A stretch of DNA of 63,650 bases, filler included, from Reclinomonas americana ATCC 50394 (GCA_048213135.1; 16 parts of 16 records of this genome joined end to end with filler, not necessarily neighbours in it), one strand, 5' to 3'. Counted from the whole stretch's first letter, positions 47,978 through 63,650 are shown. The notes: generated by a model not told the origin, from the letters alone. Numbers and translations are program-made.

Positions 47978-49298
47978 TTACTCAGACGGTGCGGCGAACA
48001 CGTAGGGAGCCGAGGCGGCGTACACGTCCCTCAGCGACTTGGGTGGGCGACCGAGAATGGTCTGCACGTCGTTGTTGGGGCGCGGGCCCTTGTTGTTCTT
48101 GAACAGGTCCAGCAGCTCCACCATGCCGCGTGCCTGCCACTCCGGCATGCCCATGCCCTTGAAGCTCTCCACCACGGCATTCGGGTCCTCCACCGACTCG
48201 TAGGTGATCTGCGAGTTGGCCAGCTCCGACAGCGTCGACGCAATCTCCGCGCCCGTCAGCGCATCACTCGACGTCAGCGTGTACGTCTTGTTGGCAAACT
48301 TGCTGCGGTCGGCCTCGGTGGCCACCTTCCAGATGCACGCACCCACATCCTCCAGCGAGGTGCCGGTGATGGAGCCCTGGCCGAGGAACATGTACAGCTT
48401 CTTGGAGGCCTTGATTCCCTCCGCAAAGCCGTAGTAGTTCTCGAGGAAGAAATCTGTGTGCGGTGTGAGGAGGAGCGACACACACGGAGAGAGAGAGAGG
48501 GAGGGGGGGAAGGAAAAAGTTACCGAGACGGAAGATGCTGTAGGGCACATGGCAGGCCTTGACGGCATTCTCGGCCTTGGCGAACTGGCGCTGGAAGAGG
48601 ATGCTGCCGTCCTCGAGAGCGCCGGGGACGGAGATGAGGATAATGTGCTTGCACGCCGACGAGCGACCCGCTGCCGCCGCAAAGCGCTCCGCAATGTCAC
48701 CGCGGTCCTCGGCACCCTGAACAAAGCGAAGGAGATGAGCATGTAATATATATGTGAAGGGAAGCAATTTCCCTTCTTTGTTGCTCACTCACCGGGGGGA
48801 TAATGACCAAGACCTGCGCGCCCGCAATGGCGGCATCGATGGAGGCGGGGACGCGGTCGTCGACTTGCACGACATTGGCACGCGGAAGCGCGTCAGTGAT
48901 CTTGTCGGCGCTCTTGCTCACATCGCGAGTCGACACAGTCACGTCGACGCTGTAGTCCTCCGCAAAGGCCTGCAGTGCGGCCTTGCCGACGTAGCCACTG
49001 CCGGAGGTGATGAACACTGTTGACGGGGAGGAGAGTGAGTGGGAGAGAGAGGGCCCGACGGAAAATGTCCATGTGCGCGGAGAAGACACAAACACAAACA
49101 AACAAAGCAAGCTGCGTTGCACATTGTGCGGTTACCTTTGGTGGGGAGAGGAGCAGAGTTGTAGGCGCCTGCAGTGGTGACGAGCAGCGAGAACAAAAGG
49201 TAAGTAATGCATGACGGGGCGGAGTAGTTTTTTTCAAGTGTTTGTTTGTTCTGCGTGTGTTTGTGTCAAGAGCAACTAACGCGTGCGTACTAACCCAT
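47978..49298 (-). CDS. NmrA/atypical-SDR NAD(P)-binding protein, probably N-myristoylated
   Basis: Spliced start MGAYNSAPLPTKVFITSGSGYVGKA; EDVGAC, KTYTLTS, DVQTILGRPPKSL. Confidence 0.85.
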
Positions 49299-49426
49299 GG
49301 TGGTGGTGGTGGTGTGTGTGCGGAGAGTGAACTCGAAGAAAAAATGATGAAAAGTGGGACGGGACGAGGGACACGTGTTTTCAATGCGCCCTTCGTCGTA
49401 ATCGCTCACGCACGCTCCTGTGTCTC

Positions 49427-49668
49427 TCAGAACGAGATGACAGTGTCCGGCGGCTGAGTAGTCGTCGTGGTGGTCGACGTCGAAGTGGTGGTGGTGGTGG
49501 TGGTGGTGGTCGGAACTGCAAGAAAGAGGAAACATCAGCATGCATTTCTTCCTACTTTGCCTCGTCGTTGTATGGTACGCAACTCTGCTCCCAGCTGGTG
49601 TAGGTGCCGGCAGTCGGCCAGGACTGAGTGCCCGTGGTGTCAAGGTGGAAGCCGCCGAGGTAGTTCAT
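49427..49668 (-). CDS. SWEQ-family microprotein 1 (57 aa, two exons)
   Basis: Exons 49668-49584 and 49515-49427: MNYLGGFHLDTTGTQSWPTAGTYTSWEQ|IPTTTTTTTTTSTSTTTTTTQPPDTVISF*. Confidence 0.7.
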
Positions 49669-50417
49669 GATCTACGAATGCCCAACAACGTCAGTCAATA
49701 CAGCCCGTGTGAATCTGGACACACGTCGAGCCAGCGAAAGAGTATATAACGCCCTCTCTCTCACGAATAGCACAAAGGAGAAGAGCGAGCGAATGAAAGG
49801 AGAAGAGCGAGAGGGAGAAAAGAGAGCGAACGAACGAGGGAATGGCGGGTGATGTCAACACACACACTGCTCTCTCCGATGCCACCCCGATGTCGCAACA
49901 AAGCACACAAGCACACACGTGATAGGTGCACACATCAGCTCTCTGTCTCACACAGTCTCGTTTCGTTCTCTATCGACACGAGGGAGTGAAACTGGACATG
50001 ATGATGATGATGAGGCAAGAAAGAGTGAGCGGCGCTATCCGTTGCACAAACACACACAGGGAGAGGGAGAGAGAAAGAGAGAGAGTGATCACCACAGGAG
50101 GCACACAGAGAGAGAGGAGAGTGGGAGAAGGCGATCAAGTAGAGAATCATGATTGTTTCGGCTCTTTTCTCACGACAAACAGATACGCGTCACTGCTCTC
50201 ACTCTCTCACACACGGCGCGCATAGGAGTGGAACATAGGTGTGCCTCTATTCCTCCAAGCGACCCACGCTGCTCACCAGAGGCACAGGAAGAAACTCGTG
50301 ACCGATACGTCCTGCGACGTTTAGATGCATTCCCCTGACCCTTTCTCATTTCATTTCAGGTTGTCACGCGCAGCGTTGGTTGTGATTGGATCCCCACTGG
50401 CGCGTTTTTTCTCCCCG

Positions 50418-50631
50418 TTACCATGCCATTGGAGTGCCGGAGCTGCCGCTGTCGACTGCCGGTGCGGGTGACGCGGGGGCGGCGGTCGCTGGCTCGCCAG
50501 TCGGGACTGCAGGGAACAGGTGAGGACGAGAGGGGGAGGAGGAGAGTGGGGGGAATAGGCGACGGACCTTGCTCCCAGCTCGAGTAGATGTTCTCGTAGT
50601 AGCACGTCGTCTCAGTGTAGCCGCCAGACAT
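50418..50631 (-). CDS. SWEQ-family microprotein 2 (50 aa, two exons)
   Basis: Exons 50631-50568 and 50506-50418: MSGGYTETTCYYENIYSSWEQ|VPTGEPATAAPASPAPAVDSGSSGTPMAW*. Confidence 0.65.
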
Positions 50632-51272
50632 GATGCGTGCGTTCCTGCAATGGCGAAGAGTGAGTGAGGATGGGGGAAGGGAAGGAGGGGGAGGAATGGG
50701 GGGAAGGAGGGAGGGGGAAGGAGAGAGGTGAATCAGAACGCGTGCATGAGAGGCAACAAGAAAGAGAAGAGACAAATGAAAAGAGAGAGATAACACACGA
50801 AAGAGGAGAGGAGGAGAGAGAGAGAACGAGGCAAGGGGAGCGGTAAATCGAACAGGTGCATGCGTGGCAACAAGAAGGACAAGAAACAATAGGGGAGAAG
50901 AGAAAGAGAGAGAGAACGCAGCGAGAGGCGAAGAGAAAGGAGAGAGAGAGAGAGGACATAACAGACAAAGGGAAGAGGAGAGGAGGAGAGAGAACGCAGC
51001 GAGAGAGAACGAGGCAAGGGGAGCGGTAATCGAACAGAGGGACAAGAAACAAGAAGGGAATGAAGAGAAAGAGAGAGAACGCAGCGAGAGGGAAGAGAAA
51101 GACAGGGAACGAGAGGGGGAACAAAAAAGAAAGAGAGAGAGGGCATAACACATTAGTGAAAGAGGAGAGATGGAGAGAGAACGCAGCGCGACAGAAAGAG
51201 GCGTGGAGAACGGTGAAACAAAATGTGTGCATGAGAGGCAAAGAAAAAGACAAGACAGATGAAGGGGAACAG

Positions 51273-51304
<32 letters not shown>

Positions 51305-51353
51305 GAGAGAGAGGAGGGAGGAGAGAACGCAGCGAGAGAGAATGAGACAGAAG

Positions 51354-51467
51354 GAGACAAGGAGAACCTTGGAAGAGCAGGTGTGCATGAGAGACTGAGA
51401 CAAGGAGAACCTTGGAAGAGCAGGTGTGCATGAGAGACTGAGACAAGGAGAACCTTGGAAGAGCAGG
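51354..51467. repeat. 43-bp tandem repeat x2.7
   Basis: gagacaaggagaaccttggaagagcaggtgtgcatgagagact at 51354, 51397 and 51440 (partial). Confidence 0.9.
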
Positions 51468-52448
51468 CGCGCAGAAGAGGCTGCAGAGAGAAGGAGAGCG
51501 GAGACTCGCGAGTATGGGGAGGGAGGCAGCAAACATCGCGTCTCGCTTCGTGTAACAATGGACAGAAGGAGCGACAAAAGCCCACGGCGACGAGCTACAA
51601 AGAGTGGATCCTCGAGCATGAAGACACAGCAGAGGAGAAGACTGTTGTGGATGACGAGGACCCAGAATGAAAAAGTGACAGTGCAGGCGAGAAAACAGTC
51701 GCTCTGACGTTTGAATGAAGATGCCCACAAGATGGTTCATGACTCGAAGGGAAGGGGCTGCGAGGGAGCAAGATATGGCTCACGAATGCGCTTGGGGGAA
51801 CAAGTCATCAGAGAGTGCGACTGAAGTCTTTTAAGCATGACGCCTGCACTCTCATCTCTCTCATCTCATCTCTCTCTCTCTTGCCGTCTGTCACGAGTCA
51901 TTACAGGCCACACCACACAGTGCACGACATAGCTGCTGACGAGTGCTCTCTCTCTCTCTCAACGGAAGAGAACAAGTCATCTGATAGACGCTTGATGTCC
52001 ACTGCGAAACGACGACACAGCGCACACACACAGAGAGGAATGCACTGCATAAGTGCTCTCTCTCTCTCTCTCTCCCTCTCCTCTCTCTCTTTCTTTCACA
52101 CCACCATCGTGTTCGGTGCGAGAACTATGTGTGAGCGAGTGAAAAGACAGCCATGGTCGCCTCCCCTCCCAAGAAAACACACACACTCTCACACGCACAC
52201 AGCAGCCTCATGTGCGCGGGTAGTCACACAGACAGAGAGGAGGCGTCCTTTGCTCAACCAACCTTACAAAAACAAATGAACGACGAGTGAAATTTTGCCG
52301 CACCAATGGCGCCGGCCGTGCTTGCTAACGATGCATGACCCTCTAGAGCTCTTATGCGTGTGCACCAAGAGACATGCAGAGCAGTTGATCAACACACACG
52401 ACTAGTTTTACAAAAAAGAACATTCCTTTTTCTTTCTCTTCTTTTCTC

Positions 52449-52711
52449 TCAGAACGAGATCGTAGTCTCGCCTCCCGTCGTAGTGTTGGTCGTCGTTGTC
52501 GTCGTCGTAGTCGACGTTGTTGTGGTCGTCGTGCTGGTGGGGGCTGCACACACACACACACACACACAAAGAAAGAAAACAGTAATCAATACACGTTGCG
52601 CACACCAACTTTTTTTTGACATGTGGAGAAAGACGCACTCTGCTCCCAGCTCAGATATGAGCCCACCACCGAGGTGCTGCCGCCATTGAGTGCGTTTGCG
52701 ATGACCTCCAT
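52449..52711 (-). CDS. SWEQ-family microprotein 3 (55 aa, two exons)
   Basis: Exons 52711-52639 and 52543-52449: MEVIANALNGGSTSVVGSYLSWEQ|TPTS(T-rich)GGETTISF*. Confidence 0.7.
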
Positions 52712-53383
52712 GATGATAATGCTGCACACAGACACACACAAAACCCCCAGTCAAAAAAGTTGGACAGGCGCTGTGATTGACTGTGTGGTGAACGACAGCA
52801 TGAAGCAGACAGACAGAGAGAAGGAGAAAGAGTGTGTGTATGCGCGCGCGTGCGTGAGAGAGGAACAGGAGCGCGCGCGATGGAGATGTGCGTGACATGA
52901 CACAAAAGAAGACACTCTCGCGCTCTCTGTTCTCTATCTTGCTAATGTCTTGCGTCTCTCCTTGCCGCCCAACAACACGCCGAGAAACACACGCGCAGAA
53001 GACGACAATCACACACAATTGGCGCGAGACCGAATCTCTGCACCAATAAGCACCCCCACTCTGCGTCGCCTAAACACGCACACAAGAGGCACGCAGGCCC
53101 AGACAGAGAGGCAGAGAGAACAGAGAGGGGGCCGCAGATGGCGCACAAACCTTGCGTGAAAATTGTGTGAGTGAGTGAAATTTCACGCTCAACGTTCATC
53201 CTTTGTCCCAACACGAGGAGCGCGCGCGCGTGTCCCTGGCTCACGCACACACGCAGACACACACATACGCACACTCTCCCCCACGCACAACGACCAAGGT
53301 GAGCGGGCGCGCAGAGAGAGCGAGGACGTTGACATGTCCGTAGTTAACGCTCACTTGTCGTCGCCTGCCTGTCAAAGAGAGAG

Positions 53384-54001
53384 ATGAGCGACGAGGACGA
53401 CTTCTGGGACCGCGTCGAAAGCAATGGCCTCGCTGGTGATGACGTGGAAGCGCGAGCAGCAAACGGCAGCCTGCGACTATCGCGACCGAGCTCGGCGTCG
53501 ACGACAATGTCAACGCGTGTGCGCACTCCGCGTCTCGATCTCAACATGCGTGCGCTGCGTGCGATTGAGGGCGTGGAGGGCAGCCTCGAGGGAGTCGCCA
53601 TTGAGGAGTACTTGAGTGAGGAGACTCTGGTCTGTACACACGCACACAAAAGTCAGTTTCCTTGTTGCGCACGTTCGCGTTGTTGATGTTTGTGTTTGCT
53701 TGCTGGGTAGCGTGAGGTGACGGGTCAGATGGATTTGTCGTGTGTGCGCAAGCTGGAGCTGGTGATTGATATCACGGAGAACTCGATTGGGAATCTGGGA
53801 GTCAAGCTGCCGAACTTGAGGGAACTCAAGCTCAGCAATAGTGTTGTGCATTCGTTGAGGTGGGTTGCGGGCAAGGGTGTACTACGGAAACGATGTTGTC
53901 GTGGTGGTGTGGGGAACAGGGCGCTTGTACAGCGTGGGGTTTCTGGCTTGTCCTCATTATCACTCGTCGACTCTCTCTCCCCCTGTCCTCGCGACTTGCT
54001 T

Positions 54002-54035
<34 letters not shown>

Positions 54036-54167
54036 CGTCCCTCCCTCCCTCTCCCTCTGCGCGCGCCGTTGCTCACCAAGCACTCTGCATCTGCTTTCGT
54101 CGGCAACAACTGTGCACACGGTTGTCGCCGCTCGCAGTGCGTGTTATTTCATGCACCATCTCTCTCT

Positions 54168-54199
<32 letters not shown>

Positions 54200-57132
54200 N
54201 NNNNNNNNNNNNNNNNNNNNNNNNNNNNNNNNNNNNNNNNNNNTTAATTAATTAANNNNNNNNNNNNNNNNNNNNNNNNNNNNNNNNNNNNNNNNNNNNA
54301 CTCACTCCCCCTCTTTCCCTCTTCCCCCTCTGTCCCTCTTTCCCTTCACAGAGACCTCGGCACCTCCCTACCACACGTGGAAATCCTCTGGCTCTCCCGC
54401 TGCAACATGCAGGAGTTGGACGGCATCTCGGGATTCGCCGATCTGCGCGAGTTGTACGCCAGCTTCAACGACATTACCGATCTCAGTCCACTGGCGCTGG
54501 CGGAGCACATTGAGACGATTGATTTGGAGGGGTGAGAGACTGCCATGGGGTTTTCTCAGCTACTGTCTCTCTCTCTGCCCCTCATGCCTATCTTTGCGAA
54601 AACAGCAATCGCATCGACGACATTCACCAAGTGCAATTCCTGTCGAGCTGTCCGCGCCTCACCTCCTTGTCGCTGGACAGCAACCCGATGGCCTCACACC
54701 CCCAGTACCGTGCGGTGGTGGTGCATGCACTGGCGTCGCTGGACTTCCTCGACGATGTGCCAGTGACGAGGGCGGAACGCGAGCGAGCCGCCAGTGTGGT
54801 ACCCGCGCTGCTGAGTGACACGAGATGGGCGGGTGTGTCGACGGCGGGCGCCGACGAGGAGATGGAGTTGGTGAAGGACGGTATCAAGTACGCGCGTGTT
54901 GGACTCGATGCCGTGGCAGTGGGGTGCGTTCACCTGTGGAGCATGGTGGAGGATTAGGAGAAACTGACGGTCTCTTATTATCGCAGCGCCACGGTACTCG
55001 TGTCGACACCGGGTGGCGGGTCAAGACCCATGACCGCCATTAGTGCTGAGGATGCTGCATCGATTCACCGACCACTCACTGCGCGGCATGTGAAGAGGTG
55101 CAGTGAAGAGGAAAAGAGGGGAGGGAGAGGAGAGAAGGAAAGGGAGAGAGATTGGCGCTCTTGTATTAGCTGTTTCTTCTCTTCCCAACTTTCTCACCTG
55201 TTGTTACTTGTCGGCTTTTGCAACTGTTCATTCTATAGTATTGCGCCCCACACGAGTTATCGTCTCTAATACGTGCAAACACTCCGTATCTTGTTGCCAG
55301 TGTCTTCTCTTCGACGCTCTCATCTTTGCTGTCTTTTCATTTCTCTTCTCATCTGTTCAACTGTGCTGTCCTACTTGCCTGGCATTTCAAATCAGCTTAT
55401 GTGTTCTTGCACTCTTCACTTATCGTCACTTCCTTCACTCTGCGCAGCAATCTTGCTGCATTCCTTCTTATCTCTTGCGCCATTTTCTTCTTCGCCCCCT
55501 TCCGTTCAGTTGTTTTTCTTCTTCCCGCAGCTTTTTTGTAAGTTGATTTTACGCTCCTTCTTTCTCGCCACTCCTTTGTTCTGTTCTCCCTATATGCAGC
55601 AGTCCTGCAGCGTTCGCTCTCTTGCCCATTCCCCTTGCTTTCCGCTTCCTACTCTTCTTGCCACTCCCTTCGCTGCATTCTCACTTTGTGGTTCTTTTCT
55701 CTGTATGCTCCTCTTGTCACCGTCTTCTTTCCCCTTGCCCCCTTCCCCCTCGCCTTCCCGTCCTCATCACTCTTCCCACACGCAGCCGCGGCACGGCAAG
55801 ACCAGGCTCAGCCTCCGGTCGACCTGGCTCCGCCTCCATGTCGCGCGTGGCTTCGGCGGGCGCACGACCGGGGTCGGTGTCCGGGGCCGGTCGACCCGGT
55901 TCAGCAGCCGGCCGACCTGGCTCCTCTGGTGGTGGTGGTGGCGGTAGTGGTAGTGGTGGTGGAGCACGGCCTGGCAGTGCGCGCATGATTGCGGCGGCCA
56001 CTGGTGCCGCCACTGCCAGATCGAACATTACACAGCCTTCGGGGAGCTTTGGCAGCGAAGAGGACGATGGTGCAAGTGATTTGACATATGGTGAGTAAGT
56101 GAGAGTGAGAGTGAGAGTGAGAGAGAGAGAGAGAGAAAGAGAGGGAGTGCAGCGAGTGGTGGCACTGTGGATATTGGGGAGGCGCGCTGATTCTTGCTCT
56201 TCTCTGTCGCAGGCTCTAGTCGTGTAATATGTGGCAATCCGGTCAAGTCGTTGCGCTCGAGGAAAATCGAGGCCCCTCTACCGTCGGAGATGCCAGCACC
56301 CGAAGTTCCGCCGTCGCCTACACTGCTAAGGTCAGTGAGCGCCAGCAGTACCATGTGTTCTTCTCGTCGTCGTTGTTTGATGCCTGAATTGTGATCCCCG
56401 CAGACTGGAGACAAGAGAAGACATTCTGGAGGAGCTGCGTTTGTACAAGCTGCAGACGGCCGACATGGTGATGCTTCCCGACGACACGGATCTGGTGTTG
56501 GGCGACATTGGCGAGTTCAGTGACGCCTTCACACTCGACACGTTGCCGCCGGAGGTGGCCGACGACGGCTTGTTTGATGCGGCTGATGGCGACGATGCGC
56601 GAAAGGTGTTTACGTGCGCTACCCTCCGCGATGCAACTCCCCACTCGCTGACTTCTTCTCCTTCTCCTCGCAGTCTGCACAACGGGCACTCAATCAGGCG
56701 TTTGTCAGCTCCGATTCAGATTCCGATGGAGTCGATATTCCCGTGGACGACGCCTACCTGGACGAGAAGTTGGGCGAGATCGAGAACCAGCCGCCCAATC
56801 GCAGCTCGCTGCCGTCGTCACAGACGCAGCTGCCGACTCGCAAGCCACCACGGCCGACGACACAGTCGGGCCAGTCCTCATCCTCCTCCGTCTACTCCTC
56901 TTCCTCTTCCTCATCGTCGTCGTCTTCCTCATCGTCGTCCGCCATCTCGGCGTCGTCGACCATGAAGCAGGCACCGCTGCCGCGCTCCAGCTCATCCGCC
57001 AAGGCCGACTTTGTGCTCAACGCCGGCGCCTCCTCCGAGGACCCGCTGCTGGCCACGCCTCCAGTGGCGGTGGGTCGCCTCCGACCAAAGAGTCGCGATG
57101 CCGTTAAAGTGGCTCGTGAGCTAGACTTGTAG
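53384..57132 (+). CDS. LRRC56: leucine-rich repeat protein 56 (axonemal dynein transport factor); spans gap at 54200
   Basis: EEYLSEETL, ENSIGNLGVKLPNLRELKLSNS..SLR|DLGTSL..LWLSRC..ELDGI..LRELYASFNDI.DLSPL, ASDLTYG..VICGNPVKSLRSR. Confidence 0.88.
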
Positions 57133-57653
57133 TTTGTGAAAAGAGAGAGAGTGAGGTGCAGCATGCATACTTGATTTGTATCGCAATATTAAAAAACAAG
57201 CAAAAAACGCTATGGAGCAGTGGAGCGAGACGGTAGGCGTTGCCGCAGACGACATATTTTCCACCCGAAGTCAGTTTCCTGAGCGCGAAACGCATTCATT
57301 TGATTTACGGGAGAGCAGTTTTTATTTTGCGCCGCGAAAAGTCAAAGTCTATAGACCTCGCAGCGCCTGTGTGAGATGGCTGCGACTCACGGGCACAGCG
57401 CCCCGACTGAGCGATTGCTGCCTCCGCCTTCCATCACCAGTGCGCTCTTGCGGCCTCGCGATGCCACCGCTCGCACACTTGTGCAGCGTGCGGCCTCTGC
57501 TGCTGCCTTGGCTGCTGCTGCCTCTTCGTCATCGCCTTCCTCGCGACTGCCCTCGCGCGCGGCCTCCACTGCGCGCTCGGCGACTCAGTCGCCCAGTGTG
57601 GTCAGTGCGAGGTCGACGGCCTCGGCCAGTGCAGTGCTGGAGGTGAGATGAGT

Positions 57654-57688
<35 letters not shown>

Positions 57689-57707
57689 GCACACTCTGAC
57701 TCTCTCG

Positions 57708-57771
<64 letters not shown>

Positions 57772-57871
57772 NNNNNNNNNNNNNNNNNNNNNNNNNNNNN
57801 NNNNNNNNNNNNNNNTTAATTAATTAANNNNNNNNNNNNNNNNNNNNNNNNNNNNNNNNNNNNNNNNNNNN

Positions 57872-57920
<49 letters not shown>

Positions 57921-58052
57921 CGCTCCCCCTCCCTCTTCTTCTCCCTCCCTCCCACTCCTCCTCTCTCTCTCTCCCTTTCCTCCCTCCCTCCCTTTCTCCC
58001 TCTCTCCCTTGCCCTTTATACCCCATTGCATCTTCCTTCGCTCTTCACCGCA

Positions 58053-58507
58053 CCTTTGTTGGCGTATCATCCGTCATGCGATGCAACCACATGTGCCACT
58101 CAGGCGGCACCTGCGATCCATCATAGTTGCTGCTGGAGTACTCCACCCAGCGATCACGGCCTTTTCACACACAAAAGGAGCGCGCGCGTGCGAGTGAGTC
58201 CACGGCCACGTCATTTCCAACTCTCACACACAGAGGCACGCGCGCACCTACAATCTCCTCGTCACCTCGTGCCACCTCATAGTACCTGTTGCCCATGGCA
58301 TCCTCACCCACCAACAACCGCGACGGCTTCTCAAACAGCGCGTCCCTCGCTCGAATCACCGCCAACAAACCGTCCTTGATGGACCCTGTGAGTGACACGC
58401 ACGTGTGAGCACACACACACACGCGTGCACACCCCTCTGCTCTTCCTTATATTCACACCTCGTTCCTCCACAGCACTCTTGATGTTTTGCAGAATGCGTG
58501 ATGCCAT
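58053..58507 (-). CDS. NDUFA12: NADH:ubiquinone oxidoreductase subunit A12 family, 3'-partial
   Basis: [43 protein letters not shown]. Confidence 0.88.
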
Positions 58508-58567
58508 TGTCGCAACGAGCAAGAATGACGGACGGATGTGCTGAGCGTGCAGGACATTACAAACTTT

Positions 58568-61282
<2,715 letters not shown>

Positions 61283-62235
61283 AGCCCTGGCGCGACACAT
61301 GTGTGCGTGTGTTGGAATTGTACCGGTTATCTCGCGCGAGCGGCGATGGGACAGTCTGCTTCGCGCGCGCGCTCTCTCTCTCTCTCTTCGCTCCACCGCC
61401 CGTTTCCCCACTCGCCTGCGTCATTGGTGGGGCATGGATGCGCCGAGTCGCCGAGTCACCGTCGCGGCAAATGCTCGAATTTCGAGTTCGAAGTCATGCG
61501 AGACTCTCTGTTGCCCACGCGTCGGCTTGATGGCCACCACCTCCGTTGCATCGGTGTGCTTGCGGCCCCAAGGATCGCGCCGCTCCGAGCCCCGCGGCTG
61601 GGAGGCAATCGGAATTTCTTTCGTTATTCGATCATGACCCACAATCCGCGGGGACACTCGGCTGTCTGCGCGCATATGACGGTCCACGCAAACCATGTAA
61701 AGTCCAGGAATGCCGGGGTGGCCGGGCATCCGAGACGCAACTCGGGTGTCATGTCATCTCGTTGTTCCTTTTTGCATCATTCTTTTTTGCCCGACCACAA
61801 ACCACTGCCGGAGAATCCAGAACCACTTCCACAGTGGAGAGGTAGCTGCTTGTCTCTGCCACTTGCACACTGCAGCGCCGATCCGCCTGCAGCCTCGGCA
61901 GGTGGTGGGCTGGCAGCGCTTCTCTTTTTTTCCTTGCTGGTTCGAGATATCATCATTATACACTTACACAGCTCATAGTAAGGGGCGCGCCAGCTCGCCT
62001 GGCCTTCGCTCCAACTCTGGGGGGAACGCAATGTCGATGGCCGTGCGATTTCGTTGTGCGCGCCCTCTCTCCTCGTCTTCGTCACTGCTGTCGTCCGAGT
62101 TGAGATCGTCGACGAATCGTGGACCGCTGTCGCCCNNNNNNNNNNNNNNNNNNNNNNNNNNNNNNNNNNNNNNNNNNNNTTAATTAATTAANNNNNNNNN
62201 NNNNNNNNNNNNNNNNNNNNNNNNNNNNNNNNNNN

Positions 62236-63216
62236 TGCGCCTGGTACGAATCCACGTGCTGCTGCGGTGGCATGTACGGTGGTGGCACACGGTATTGGGA
62301 CGGATCGTAGCCGGCACCCGGCTGCGGAGGTGGCGGAGCGGGCGGGTACCCGTGCGGCGGTTGCCCGCCGACCACCAGCACAGCTGCGACAGAGGAGAGA
62401 TGAGAGGTGAGTGGTGCGATGAGAGAAACGAACGGTCGTCATGCTACGAACCACCAGGTCCATAGTTATTCGGCGTCATCTCCAACTCCACCCACGTGAG
62501 ACGGAACTGGACCGGCGGCGCCTTGTGCTGCGGAATCAGGCGCACATCGTGCCTCAGCACCAGCTGCATGCTGCGTGAACACACACAAGCAGAAAGATCG
62601 TATCAGTCACGTGCATCACTTGATGTGAGTGGTAATGCGACAGACCCACGCGGCAGCAACTCGGGATTCTTGCGCCGCAAGTACGCCGACACGGCATGCT
62701 CCAACTAGTTCACGGACGTGAGCACAACACATCGTACATGTAGCGCAAGGAACGAGGCCACGCAACATTGGTGCGCAGCGCCTTCAGGCGCTTGACCTTG
62801 CGCGCATTGTAGCAAATGGCAAAGCACATGCCGGGAATGATGCACAGGAAGAGCAGGCAGCACCAGAACCAGAAGCAGAAGCCGGGCCTGTTTTCAAGCA
62901 AGAGGTAAGCCACACAGATTACACACACGCCTGGCTGGCAACAAAGAATGCACTCAACTTCTCCTGCTCCACTTGCTGCTCGAACGGATGCGAGGCCACG
63001 GCGATGTTGTTGACAATGTCGTCGAACTCTTGTCTCGAGATCTGCGCCTGCATGTGAGACACACACAGGGAGGGAGGGAAGCGCAAGGTAGGGCGTCACC
63101 TGCTGATGCGCCCAGACGGGCAGATCACGCGACCAGCCGCCGTCGGGCAGCGGGTGAATGATCACGCGCTCCGCGGTGCTCGGAGGAAACGAAAGGCTGT
63201 TCACCGGCTGATACAT
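62236..63216 (-). CDS. Cys-rich membrane protein (Golgin A7/Erf4-like?) with Pro/Tyr-rich tail
   Basis: ISRQEFDDIVNNI, CFWFWCCLLFLCIIPGMCFAIC transmembrane segment, tail with GYPPAPPP and PPPY. Boundaries uncertain. Confidence 0.45.
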
Positions 63217-63650
63217 GTGCAGCTCTGTGTTGGGCAGTAGTCAGCAGTGAAAAGACACAACAAGCATGCAGCGCGCCCAACTCAACAAGTGATTTGTGTG
63301 GATTCCGTCAGAATGTTGACGGACTAAAAAAACCTCACATACACAGTCAGGCAGTAAGCGAGGATTGGTGTCGCGCGCATGAACTTGAGCACAAGAGATG
63401 CAAGTTCCATGACCATATGGCCGTGAGGCGTTGATGAATGCACCCCAAGTCAGGGGGGCTTGGTCGTGCAAGTCTCGCATGTGCATGTGCACATGCCCAC
63501 TGGTGAGTCTCTCCCCCTTTCCCTTCTCTTTCTCTCCCTCTCTCCCTTCTGTGTGTGTGCCGCGTGATGCTCATTTAATTAAACGCTGACACTGGTGGCT
63601 ATCCACCACTGGTGAATGCTTACAACCATGACTGATGGCCCTTTCCTATT

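Noticed and set aside
50356..51730. Long Ser/Leu-rich ORFs (also 20288-21164, 12584-13177, 59580-60080, 5813-6682)
   Set aside because: Stop-free translations of CT/GA microsatellite-rich introns.
61440..61790. GC-rich intergenic stretch as a possible RNase P/MRP RNA or snRNA
   Set aside because: I found no convincing conserved boxes (CR-I/CR-V, Sm site, U1/U2/U6 motifs) by eye; it needs an Infernal scan.

Overview
The window is a set of 16 contigs joined by artificial 100-nt spacers (N-run, TTAATTAATTAA, N-run). Thirteen contigs are GC-rich, intron-dense nuclear DNA of a flagellated, mitochondriate microbial eukaryote (axonemal dynein, LRRC56, NDUFA12), rich in (GA)n/(GT)n microsatellites. 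Genes I reconstructed by hand through their introns include an RNase III-domain protein, p31comet, alpha-SNAP (3' end), a Vip1/PPIP5K kinase domain, a rhodanese-DUSP, an ankyrin protein, cystinosin, RPP30, ZMAT2, PLCXD-ShKT, a DNAH6-like dynein, a P-loop kinase, ORC4, PRIM2 (3' end), POP7, an NmrA-like protein, LRRC56, NDUFA12 and a pepsin-family protease. Three contigs (27744-34551) are strongly AT-rich and intronless and come from a Polinton/Maverick- or mavirus-like dsDNA virus: protein-primed PolB with a vOTU-like domain, rve integrase, C2H2 zinc finger and phage-like fibre genes. Both of its junctions are gaps, so integration is unproven. The main highlights are: (1) about 27 introns with a +1-shifted 5' splice site (GTTGCG/GTTGAG/GTTACG/GTTCCG) that in my sample never follows an exonic G; (2) a tandem family of three two-exon microproteins (50-57 aa, YxSWEQxPT motif) that the ORF track misses; (3) the viral element and its promoter and palindrome motifs. 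Most long ORFs in the supplied track are spurious antisense or microsatellite frames. Gene models and family calls come from manual motif recognition, not database searches.
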